Positions 52,056 through 64,000 of a DNA stretch of 64,000 nucleotides are shown here, piece after piece. A program made the translations under genes and the position numbers. Each line of letters starts with the position of its first letter. The first letter of the stretch is position 1. The notes below the pieces were generated by a model that did not search any database, was not told where the DNA came from, and saw only the letters and a list, made by a program, of their open reading frames with translations. The stretch comes from Mobula hypostoma (taxonomy: Eukaryota): the NCBI RefSeq assembly GCF_963921235.1, contig NC_086109.1, forward strand, positions 28,522,001-28,586,000, in the 5' to 3' direction.

Positions 52056-53865
52056 TCCGGCCTTTATATTCTGGCTGAACAAAAAAGATATATAAATGCT
52101 GGCAATACTCAGCAAAGAAGACAAATTCTGTGGGAAGAGAAAGTGTTAACATTTCAGATTGATAAACACTCAACTGGCTTTGAGGAGAGATTGCCTGAAA
52201 ATTTAAATGCTTCCAACTCTGCTGGGGCTGCCTGACCTGTGATGCATTTCCAGCATTTTCTGATGTATTTATTCTAACAAAATAAATATTCTCCAGCTCA
52301 GTGTATTGAATGTATGTACTCCCCTAACTCTGGCCTTCAACTGGAAAACAGAAAACTCTACAGAAAGTGGTGGATACAGCCCAGTTCATCACAAGCCAAA
52401 CCCTCCTCATCACTGAGCACATTTACATGGACTGCTCTCACAAGTAAACAACACTCAGCACCACAGACCCCTACTATGCAGGCCACGCTCTTGTCTCGCT
52501 ACTTCAGTGTGTCTTCAATCTTCAGCCCAGATGAAGGATCTTAGTCTGAAACATTGACTCTTTATTCCTCTCCATAGATGCTGCCTGACCTGCTGAGTTA
52601 CTGCAGCATTTTGTGCGTGTTACGCTGGGGACAAAACTCTAGATTTCCAGCAATTGCAGAATTTCATGTTTTTTTAACCTCAGTATTATCTCTTTATCTG
52701 CATAATTTGTCTTTGTTTGCACATTTTATGTTTGTTTATGTATGGTTTTTCATGAATTCTATTGTATTTCTTTAGTTTCCTATAAATGCCTTCAAGAAAA
52801 TGAATCTCATAGTAATATATGGTAACATGCATACTTTGATAACATTCATCCAGTTCATTCCAGTGATAGGGAAGGTGGTGTCAGTGTATTGTGGTGCTAA
52901 GGGGGATGAAAGGAAATGTCTTGTGCAAGCTGAATCTTTGCATTCTAGGATTTGGAAATGAATGAGAAGCAATCTTGCTAAAAAGCGAAATTCTTAAGGA
53001 AGCTGACAAAGATAATATTTCCCTTGGCTAAACCCTAAGAACACCATTTCAAAATAAGGGTTAACCATTAAGAACAGGGATCAGAAGAAATTTTTTTCAG
53101 AAGAAATTTTTTTCACCTAGAGGATAGTAAACTTGTCTGCCCACGTGATTTGTGCAGGTTGAGTCAATAAGTATATTCAATTTGTAGATATCACAACATT
53201 ATGGGCCGAAGGGCCTGTAATATGCTGTAGATTTCTAGGATCTATATTAGGGGAATTGAGGAATACCAGTTCAGTACAGAAAAGTGGAGTTGAAATGCAA
53301 GATTAGTCATGTATCGAGGAACAAGCTGAGTTGCTTGCTGAGTTTGTTATCTTTATTTCTGGTGATTGCAGAATGCGCTGTAGGTAGATTGTTATAAATG
53401 TTGTTTGATATCCTTTCTGAGAAACTATTTAGGACCTTTAATCATGTGGAAGCCATTGTTGTTGATAACTGTCCTTTTTGATGGAGACAATGATTATATT
53501 CTCATTGAGCAACTGTCTTCCAAAGCCAGACAAATCAAACCAAGCTTTATCAGGCAATAATATAGTATGACAAGCTTTTGTTTTTAAATTAGTATTGTAT
53601 TTCTTTGAAATAGAATATCTACCAGATTCACACCATCAGGTTCAATAACAGTTATTATCATTCAACTATTAGGCTTCTGAATCAGTGTGGGTAACTTCAT
53701 TCACCTCAACACTGAACTGATTCCACAATCTATGTGCACATTTTCAAGGACTCTACAATTCATGTTCTCAATATTATTTATTATTTCTTTTTATTTGTTC
53801 ATATTTGCACAGTTTGTCTTCCTTCGCACATTGGCTGTATGTCAGTCTTTGCTTGTGTGTAATGG

Positions 53866-56020
53866 ATCAGAATCAGAATCAAGTTTATTATCATCCGCTC
53901 ACAGTATCTTGTGAAATTTGTTGACTTTGGGACAGCAGTACAAATGCAATACATAATAATAGAGAAAAAAACTGTGCATTACTGTAAGTATAAATAAATA
54001 AGTTAAATTAAATGAAAAAAGGTAGTGAGGTAGTATTCATCGGTTCAATGTCCATTCAGAAATCGGATGGCAGAGGGGAAGAAGTTGTTCCTGAATTGTT
54101 GAGTGTGTGCTTTCTAGTTTCTATACCTCAGTCCTGATGGTAACAATGAGAACAAAGCATGTCCTGGGTGGTGGGGGTCCTTAATGATGGACACCAACTT
54201 GTTGGGGCATCGCTCCTTGAAGATGTCCTGAGTACTACAGAGACTAGTGCCCATGATGGAGCTGACTAAGTTAACAGCTCTCTCCAGCTTTTCTTGATCC
54301 TAAGCAGTAGCCACCACCCCACATACCAGAGGGTGAAGCAGCAAGTTAGAATGCTCTCCACAGTACATCTGTAGAAATTTACAAGTGCCATACCAGATCT
54401 CCTCAAACTCCTAATGAAATATAGCCACTGTCTTGCCTTCTTTATAGCTGCATCAATATGTTAGATCCTCAGAAATATTGACACCCAGGAACTTGAAATT
54501 TCTCACTCTCTCCACTTCTGATCCCTCTATGAGAACTGGTGTGTGTTCCCTCACCTTACACTTTTTGAAGTCCACAATCAGTTCTTTGGTCTTACCGAGT
54601 TTGGGTGTCATGATGTTGCTGCAACTCCACTCCACTAGCTGGTATATCTCACTCCTGTACGCCCTCTCATCACCATCAGCAAATTTATAGATGGCATTTG
54701 AGCTGTGCCTAGCCACACAGTCATGGGTGTAGAGATAGCAGATCAGTAGGCTAAGCACACATCCCTGAGGTGCGTCAGTGTTGATTGTCAGCGAGGTGGA
54801 GAAGCTATTTCCAATACACACAATTCTGGTTTTCCGCTTAGGAAGTTGAGAATTCAGTTGAAGAGGGAGGTTCAGAGGCCCCTGTTCTGGAGCTTTTCAA
54901 TAAGAACTGTAGTAATGATCATGTTAAACACTGAGCTGTAGTCAATAAACAGCATCCTGACATTGGTGTTTATATTGACAAGGTGATCCAAGGCTGTGTG
55001 GAGAGCCATTGAGATTGCATATGCTGTTGACCTATTGTGGTGATGGGCAAATTGCAATAGGTCCAGGACCTTGCTGAGGCAGGAGCTGATTCTAGCCACG
55101 ACCAACCTCTCAAAGTGAGTTCTACTGGACGATAGTCATTAAGGCAGCTCACGTTGCTCTTTTTGGGCACTAGTATAATTGTTGCAATTTTGAAGCAGAC
55201 AGGAACTTCCGACAGTAGCCATGAGCCAGTTAGCTGGCACAGGTTTTCAGTGCCTTACCAGGTACTCCATCGGGGCCTGCTGCCTCGCGAGGGTTCACCC
55301 TCATCAAAGACGGCCTAACATTGGCCTCTGAGACTGAGGTCACAGAGTCACCAGGTGTTGCAGGGATCCTCATAGCTGTAACTTTATTCTCCCTTTCAAC
55401 GTGAGCGTAAAAGACATTGAGCTCCTCTGGAAGCAAAGCATCACTGCCATTCACGACGTTGGGTTTTGCTTTGTAGGAAGTCTGCAAGCACTGCTGTGCA
55501 TCCGATGTCACCTCAAACCTTGCTCAGAATTGTTTCTTAGCTCTTGAAATAGCCCTCCGCAACTTATACCTGGCTTTCTTGTACAGACCTGGGTCCCCAG
55601 ACTTGAATGGTGCAGATCTAGCCTCCAGCAGACAACAAACCTGGCTCATCTACAGCTTTTGATTTGGCTATGTACAGTAAGTTCTTGTAGGCACACACTA
55701 ATCCATGTAGGTTTTACTGAAGTCAGTGACAGCTGTGGTATACTCAATCAGAGTCAAAGATGAATCCCTGAATACAGTCCAGTCCACTGATTCAAAGCAG
55801 TCCTGTAAGCACTCCTTGTCCATACCTTCTTGGTCTTCACTACTGGTGCTGCAGTCTTCAGTCTCTGCCTATACTCATGGAGTAGAAGTACAGCCAGGGG
55901 ATTAGACTTTTCAAAGTGTGGCCATGGGATAGCACAGTAAACACTCTTGATGTAATAGTGGTCCAGTGTGTTTGTTCCTCTGGTACTACAAGTGATTTGT
56001 TCGTAATAATTATTTAGAGA
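53866..56020 (-). mobile_element. Rex1/Babar LINE, 2.1 kb, degenerate (end of APE endonuclease, RT, C-terminus)
   Basis: TRGTNTLDH (~55960-55985); [65 protein letters not shown]; (GAATCA)n tail. Confidence 0.93.
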
Positions 56021-57268
56021 TATTATTTCATAAATGATTATTTAGCAAGTGATAAATTAGCTTCAAACTTTGAATATCTATTCTTATATCAAAATCTAGT
56101 GATTATCCACTTTCAATAAATAATTGTGATTTGTGATTTTTTTATATGTTCTGAGTAAACAATAGAACACTTCTGTGGTAGTTTTCTTTTTTTCTCTCTC
56201 AAGCCTGGATCTGAAAATATAACCTAAGTGAGAAATAAATGAGTCTTGCTGTGCCACTTCCAAAATATTTTTGTTGCATTGAAATTATTCATTGTTGACA
56301 TTATTTTTGCACTGGAAACATTACTTGAATCATTGTTTGAATCATATATATCAAGGAATGAATTCTGCAGAGGTTCGGCTACTAAATGCATAACACTGCA
56401 AAAAAAAATTCCAAAAATTGTGGGCATAGACTCATTATGTGGGTGTTCTTTCCAAATAATTGACCTTATTTGGTGCCAAGTACACTGTTTTCAGCTAGTA
56501 TTTTGAATCTGACCTTATCTCTCTCCTTGAATACTCATCTCATCCATTTATTTATACTTTTTATGTTCTCTTCATGGTGCTTGAGGAAATGATTCGTAAA
56601 CAATATCTTAGACACTCAATCATGTCGCACAGGTCCTATGTACTTTCTCCTGCTGGCTATTCAACATTTGTAGTCTAACTTTGGACAGCTCTATAGTGTT
56701 GCATATTTACATTCACCTTTTGTAAATTAACTGTTTTCCTTTGTAGCTGTTTCTTGAGATTGGATTCCCACATTTCATAAATAACCTAATCTCTAATGAA
56801 CAGAACCTTTAAGTCAGCAAAACTGCAATTACAATCTTAGCTCTGTTATGTAGGTATCTAAAGATTTGTTCTGCTCCTAGTTGCATGTAAAATGTCAGTA
56901 ACAGTAAACTGCTTCATTTCCAGGTAGGTTGCAATGTGCTTGTAAAGCATCTAATGTATTCTCCTGGATCACATTTGAAGGTTTTATGGCCTGTTGCAAT
57001 TCTCTCCCCGGTGACCAATAACAGCATTACTTTCATCTGCTCCAGTTTATGTGCTATAGACAACTCAATATACTGTGTAAACTCTTCCTTCCTTTCTCTT
57101 CATTCTTCAGACAAATTACTTTCTTTGAATTTTAGCAACCTGGGCAATCTCAACATTGGCTGAGTGAAACCGCTGGCAAAAGATAGCAGAATGCAGCCTG
57201 ACAATGCGCAGAAAAATAATCGACATTGTGGAATCAGACTGTGTTTCAAATACTGTTGATATCTGGAA

Positions 57269-59190
57269 TATTCAAAGTTCAAAGTAAATTTATTATTGAA
57301 GTACATATATGTCTCCAGATACTACCCTGAGATTTGTTTCCTTGTGGGCATTCACAGTATAGACAAAGAACCACAATAGAATCAATGAAAAACCACACCC
57401 AGGACAATGGACAAACACTGACGAGCAAAAGTTAACAAACAATGCAAATGTAAAGAGAGAGAGAGAAAAAAACAAAATAATAAAAAATAAATAAATAAGC
57501 AATAAATATCAAGAACATGACTTAAAGAGACTTTCAAATCTGTCCATAGGTTGTGGAACCAGTTCAGGGTTGGTGTGAATGAGGTTCAGTGAATTATCCC
57601 CTCTGGTTCAAGAGCCTAATGGTTGAGGAGAAATAAAGCTTCCTGATACTTGTGGTGTGGGGCTTGAGTCTCCTCTACCTCTTTCCTGATGGGAGTAGCG
57701 AGAAGAGAGCATGGCCTAGATGTTGGTGGTGCTGGTGGGGGGGCGGGGGGGGGGAGGTGGTTCTTGATGATATTCAATGGCTCAGTGGTTCCATTTAATG
57801 TCATAGAATGTATACAATATACAACCTGAAATTCTTAATCTTCACAGACATCCATGAAATGGAAGCAAAACCCCAAGGAATAAATGACAGAAAAACATTA
57901 GAACCCCAAAGTCCCCCTCCCATGCACAAACAGCAGCAAAGCATCAAATTTCTCCTCTCATTGTCCCCCCCCACTTTCTCCAGCAGAAGGCATTAGCCCC
58001 CCACCACCCGCCATGCAGGCAATAGCAAAGCCTCCAAAGAGAGACCATGACCAAGAGCCTATCAAAATAAAACACTGTTCATCTCGGCACTTCGACATCA
58101 CACAGGCTCTCTCTCTCACTAATGAGGGAGTGAGAGGTATTACTCCTGCCATAGTGAGAGGGGAGGCCAACAGCTTGCTGATTCGATGTTCCAATTTGCA
58201 GCATTACTTTATTTCGAGTTGCCCTGACTCGAGAATCGGCAGCAAACTCTCTCTCTCGAGAGAGAGAAAGAGAGCGATTGCTTGTGTGCAGAGGTCTCCC
58301 ACAGCTGTACCCGCTGTCTCGATGTTCCGATCTCCCTGTAGTCGCGGACGCTTCAGTCAGTGACCGCGCCGAGGAAGGCCACACAAGACTGCACTCTGAA
58401 GGAGAACATCTTCCAGGCTGCTCCTGGAGATACTGAAATTCTAAGAACAAGCTGCAAGAGCAGGAACCCCCCGCTGTGAAGAACTGCAGCTTGAGTGCAG
58501 CTGTAGATCATGGAGTTTGACATGACAGCAGCCAACTTGAAAAGGAAAGACGGGTCATTAAAGAGAAGAATTTAAACTGTTTTAAACTATTTCACAGATG
58601 AACTGCCTCATGTTTACTGTTTGCCTGAAACCCCACTCCTGGTAGATGTGCTCAATGTTGGGGACGGCTATACCCATGATGGACTGGGCTGTTTACACTA
58701 CTTTTTGCAGGCTTTTCTGTTCAAGGGCATTGGTGTTTCCACACCAGACTGCAATGCAACCAGTCATTATATTCTCCATTGCGCATCCATGGAAGTTTAT
58801 CAAGGTTTTAGATGACATGCCAAATCTTTGCAAACCTCTAAGGAAGCAGAGGTGTTGCTGTGCCTTCTTTTTAGTGACACTTATGTGCCGGGCCCAGGAC
58901 AGATCCGCTGAAATGAACATGTTGAGGAACTTAAAGTTGCTGACCCTCTCCAGCTCTGATCCCGTGATGTGGATGGGCTCATAGACCTCCAGTTCCCTCC
59001 TCCTGCAGTCTATAATCAGCTTCTTGGTGCTGCTGACATTGAGTGAGATGTTGTTGCAGTAGTATTCAGCCAGATTTTCAATTTCCCTCCTGTATGCTAA
59101 TTTATCACCATGTTGATTCAGCCAATAACAGTGGTGTCATCAGCAAACTTAGACGTACCATTGGAACTGTACTTAGCCTCACAGTCTTAG
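57269..59190 (-). mobile_element. Rex1/Babar LINE 3' part with a nested ~0.8-kb retroposon (~57780-58615)
   Basis: KFADDTT at ~59130-59150; DLSWARHI..KKAQQHLCFLRGLQRFGMSSKTLINF; tail ttcaaagttcaaagtaaatttatt. Confidence 0.85.
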
Positions 59191-59558
59191 GGGGAAAAAA
59201 AACAGAAGTATATGTTTGGTAAGCATCATTGGAAAGTTGCGGCAAATCTCAGGTCAGACTGCATTCGGCCGCTGTGTTAACCATAGCCAACAGCACTGCA
59301 CCAGCTCTGCTGTCTCATCCAAAACGGATTCCATCCTCAGACTGCCCTTGCTGACTTTGGCAGTTCATGTTGCCATTGACCTGCTATATTACTGTTTACA
59401 AAACTCTAATAATCAGAGGCGTTTAAACACAGTTGGAGTTGATCGAAATGATTTTTAAAAACAAAGTAAATGTTTAAACAGTGGAAACCCCTATTAATAA
59501 TTTATAAAATGAATGCACAGTGAAATAAACAAAAAAAAACCTTAAAAATTACTTTAAT

Positions 59559-60485
59559 TACTTTGCAAAAGTCTTAGGCACAGATATATAATGAGGGTGA
59601 CTAAGACTTTTTCAAGTTCAAGTACAGTTATTATCAAAGAATATTAAATTATACAACCTTGAGAAATGCTTGCTCACGGTTAGCCATAAAGGAAGAAACC
59701 TGAAAGAACCCAACTTAAAGGAAAAAAGAATAAAAGTAAAAATGAAAGACCAACACTGGGTGCGCAAGAGAAAAAAAAGAAAAAAAAATACAATTCATGC
59801 AAACAATTGAAACAAACAACAGCATTGTGAACCAAAATTGCGTCCTCCGATTGGAACCCTGGAGCAGTCTGGAGTAGGCCCAAAGCCTCACCTATCAGTT
59901 CATCGTATTAGCTGGCAAGAAGCACAGCAGCTGGGGCAGTCTTCATAGCCTCAGCCTCATGGAGAACGAGTGGAATCGGCTCTCATCCATACCAACTTTT
60001 GCACAGTACTGTATTGTCAACATGGATCGGAGAATGAGTTTGTAAATCTGATGGGAGCACAGGATGATGGGAATGGTGAGGGTGGAGCATCGTGGGAGAG
60101 ATGTGGGCCAGGTGGCAGAGAAGGAGTGTCAGGGCGGAGGCTGGTGTGGGTGCAGACCCACCCAGCCCTGAGACACCAGGCAAGGCCATTCAATTCCAAA
60201 CAATTAGTTTATTGATCATTACAGAATGTCTCTCTGGGGCATCCCACTCCCTCCCCTCTCCCTTCCCCTTTGCCCAACCATGCTTCCCCTCTCCCTGTCC
60301 CCTTCCCACTCTCAGTCCGCAATTGAGACCCATATCAGAGTCAGGTTTATCATCACTCACATATGTCATGAAATTTGTTTTTCCTTATGGCAGCAGTACA
60401 GTGCAATACATAAAAATACTACTCTACTCTGCAAAATCCTTTAACGCCTTAACTATATATATGTGCCTAAAACTTTTACTGTGCC
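59559..60485. mobile_element. Composite element bounded by two inverted ~60-bp palindromic MITE-like units; left unit split by a ~390-bp retroposon
   Basis: tactttgcaaaagtcttaggcac..gtgactaagactttt[insert, actttt repeated at 59606 and 59995]gcacagta; degenerate inverted copy at 60425-60482. Confidence 0.55.
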
Positions 60486-62666
60486 TGTTAGATTAAAGTT
60501 GACAGCCCCTTCAGATAGCTGGGGCTACACCAGAAACATCTGATACAAAGCTGAGGTACCAGATAGGAAGCATGTTTGCTCCCTCATATTAAATTATTGT
60601 AAAGTGTCCATTAAGACAATGGTGAGTCCAGCAGTGGAGTGAGGAGTCAACTCTGTTGCATCTTCCAGTGCTGTCTAACCTAGATTTCCTTTTGAAATTG
60701 ACCAAACTCAATCTTACATAGGCTATGTGATAAAATTAAATCTGATGACAGATAGTAAACAGCCTGATTCCTGCCTCTACAAATATTATGCAACCTTCTT
60801 AGGAAAATACTTGCAACAGGAGGAAGTCTCAAACTGAAAATAAAATACAAGATGCTTCTGAAAGACAATTAGATCCTTTTTCTGGAGCATTATAAAAATC
60901 CCATAGGAACAATAAAGTTCCTTGTTGATAAAAGAATGTCATGAAATATAATAGATTAGATCCCACAAGCACCAAACTATCATAAAAAAGATGTTATTCC
61001 CATGAAGTTTTCCTGATAGACTACTTCATTTCAGTTCTAAAAGAAAAATAGTCTAATATATATTGATTGTCAGATTGTTCTTTATAACAGTGATGCACAA
61101 TCTTCTTGGGCATTGCTGACTATCCAAGTAAATCTACATGACAGTTAGTCATATTAAACAGGCTTTATTTTAACTTTACTTAACCAGATGCTAATGTATT
61201 TAGCAATGATTTTGAAGGAAAAAAATGCAATAACTTGTTAATAACCTCATTTCAGTTCAGATTGCAACCATATAACAGCAAGATACAAATGTTTTCTTAT
61301 TTAAAATGCCGTCTATTGTGAAGTGTGTTAGCTTGAAATCTTCAGTACTGAGAATCAATAGCAGTTTAGATCAAGATCAAAGCAACGTCCCAGCATTGAT
61401 TTTAATATATTCACTGCTTTTGAAAATTAAATTAGATTTTTATTTAAAATAACATTTTCCAGCTACATTCCCACCAACCTCTTGCTCCCAGCCATTTGAC
61501 TCTGACCACAAACAACACTATTTCCAAATCAAGCTTCTGAAATACCAAGAAATTCAAGGCGTTTATTCTTATATTCTACTCCTCCACAATCACAACCCTG
61601 TCAAAGTTACAAGGACTTCATTTGAATTTCTTGATGTGAAATGTTGTCTTGCTGTTACAGGCAGTCATTCTGACTTTCCACTTGGGATTTAACTTCATAA
61701 TTCAAGTTTGTTTGAATTTCCTAATGAGGTCTGGAAATGCATGATCCTTATGAAGCTTGAGCTATGCATTAAAGAATAGGTGACTGCTAATAACTGTTGC
61801 TGACTAATTTAAAATGAATGATAACTACCTCACTGGGCTAGACAAAACTTTAAGCCAATGTATATTAACCTACATCCTGAGTTACAATTGAAATGAATTA
61901 TTCTTTAATGAAATCCCCAAATTATTGAAAAAGAAGAATAGATGACTGAGAACTGAGGTGAAACAATTTAGGGCATCCAACTGGCTATGATTTATATGTG
62001 AGATTCTTAATGTTAATAAAATGCTAATTGATTAATGGGTCCACATAGCATTACAAAAGATGAATGCAATCATGATCCAAGAGATCCATATTACAACACA
62101 TTAATTTGGCAACAGTAATGGCACACTATACTAATTGGGGTAGAAAAATGATAACTGTACAGATCTTCACTTCCAGATTTGAATTTATGCAGCAAGGCCA
62201 GACAGCCATATTGAGGTAGAGAAATCACATCAAGGATTTTATTTCATTTGGTGTCAGTAGCGATGAGGTTTTCAAATGCTGACTGCAGCCGGTCACAGAA
62301 TCACTCAGTCGCTTCAATTAATTTCTTTTATAATTTTATTTTTGGAAGTATCTGGATACCACAAAGTCTTCACTTAATTAAAAGTTCAAATAATGAAAAT
62401 TAATTTGTGTCCATACTCTGCCAAATGTGTAGAGTAGATGACTACATCTCAATTAAAAATGGACAGAAATCAGTACTGTAATATTCTATATCACTAACAA
62501 CAGATAAGCTGAGATGCTGTGAGATAATGTTCTTTTCATCTCTAGACACAATTTCTACATGCTGAAAATGTGAAACACTGCTTGACTGTGGAAAGGTGTG
62601 GGCTGTTTTAATTTATATCATTATACCAGATATGGACATTGAGCCATGCAGTGAGACCAAAAATGC

Positions 62667-62829
62667 AGAATCAGAATTAATATCAATGGCATATGGAATG
62701 AAATTTGTTAACTTTACAACAGCAGTACAATGAAATACATGATAAATAAATATAGAGAAAAACTGAGTTACATTAAATATATATATATATATATATTTAT
62801 ATACATACACACACAGACACACACACACA

Positions 62830-62891
<62 letters not shown>

Positions 62892-63100
62892 ATAGTTAAG
62901 TTAATATAAGTAGTGCAAAACAACAGAAATAAAAAGTAGTGAGCTTGTGTCCGAGGGTTCAATGTCCATTTAAAAACCGGATGGCAGAGGGGAAGAAGCT
63001 ATTCCTGGATTGCTGATAGTGTGCCTTCAGGCTCCTGTAATTCCTTCCTGATGGTAGCAGTGTGAAGAGGGAATGTCCTGGCTGGTGGGGATCCTTAATA
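62667..63100 (-). mobile_element. Rex1/Babar 3' fragment containing a microsatellite
   Basis: 62975-63095 is the reverse complement of ~63495-63615; tail cagaatcagaatt. Confidence 0.8.
62777..62890. repeat. Compound (TA)n(CA)n(TA)n microsatellite
   Basis: Directly visible dinucleotide runs. Confidence 0.98.
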
Positions 63101-63104
63101 ATAA

Positions 63105-63846
63105 GACCAAGGAACGCATACCGATCCTCATAAAGGGATCAGAAGTGGAGGGAGTGAGCAGTTTCAAGTTCCTGGGTGTCAAGATCTCTGAGGACCTAAC
63201 CTGGTCCCAACATATTGATGCAGTTGTAAAGAAGGCAAGACAACCATCATACTTCATTAGCAGTTTAAAACGATTTGGTCTGTCAACAAGTATACTCAAA
63301 AATTTCTATAGATGTACCACGGAGAGCATTCTGACAGGCTGCATCACTGTCTGGTATGGGGGGTATGGGGGGAGGTGGTGGCTACAGCACAGGACCTAAA
63401 GAACCTGCAGAGGATTGTAAATTTAGTCGGTTCCATCTTGGTACTAGCCTACAAAGTACCCAGGACATCTTCAAGGAGCAGTGTCTCAGAATTATTAAGG
63501 ACCTCCAGAACCCAGGGCATGCCCTTTTCTCACTGTTACCATCAGGTAGGAGGTACAAAAGCCTGAAGGCACACACTCAGCGATTCAGGAACAGCTTCTT
63601 CCCCTCTGCCATCCGATTGCTAAATGGGTATTGAACCTGTGAACACTACTTCACTTTTTAATATATATTATTTCTATTTTTTGCATGATTTTTAATCTAT
63701 TCAATATAGATATACTGGAATTGATTACTTATTTATTTTTCTTCCTCTTCTTCTTCTTCTACATTATATATTGCATTGAACTGCTGCTGCTAAATTAACA
63801 AATTTCACGACACATGCTGGTGATAATAAACCTGATTTTGATTCTG
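63105..63846 (+). mobile_element. Rex1/Babar LINE 3' part
   Basis: VSSFKFLGVKISEDLTWSQHI..KKARQ..FYRCTTESILTGCITVWYG..HPGHALFSLLPSGRRY-like..RFRNSFFPSAIRLLN; tail aataaacctgattttgattctg. Confidence 0.92.
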
Positions 63847-64000
63847 GTAGACACCACGTTCTTAAAGAAAAATAAAACTATCGCAAAGAATTGCTGGGGT
63901 AGGACCAAAAGTATTTATTGTGAGGCAGCCAACTTAAGAGACAAGCAAAATTTTAAAAAAGCAAGGAAAAGCATAATGGACAAATTCCCTGAGAACCAGT

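Noticed and set aside
62613..62962. Cys-Val repeat ORFs
   Set aside because: Translations of the (CA)n microsatellite

Overview
Eukaryotic, CpG-poor, repeat-dense vertebrate DNA. The repeat content (CR1/HER1-like LINEs, HE1/V-type tRNA SINEs, Rex1/Babar LINEs, Penelope-like elements, Gypsy LTR elements, Tc1/pogo/hAT DNA transposon relics) points to a cartilaginous fish, probably a ray or skate; this is an inference. No intact gene is present. Nearly all ORFs in the track are retroelement fragments or noise, and the window looks like a large intron or intergenic stretch with a few unidentified candidate minus-strand exons, the best at 9417-9481. The most interesting signal is a Penelope-associated minimal hammerhead-ribozyme system. 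It includes several CTGANGA...GAAAC-GTC cores, ~110-120 bp hammerhead-first mini-insertions with their own target-site duplications, and a 2-kb head-to-head Penelope insertion bounded by a perfect 18-bp duplication. Hammerheads in Penelope-like elements are known in general, so novelty would lie in the minimal mobile units and integration architecture. Repeat family names and most boundaries were assigned by eye and are approximate unless a TSD or terminal motif is quoted.
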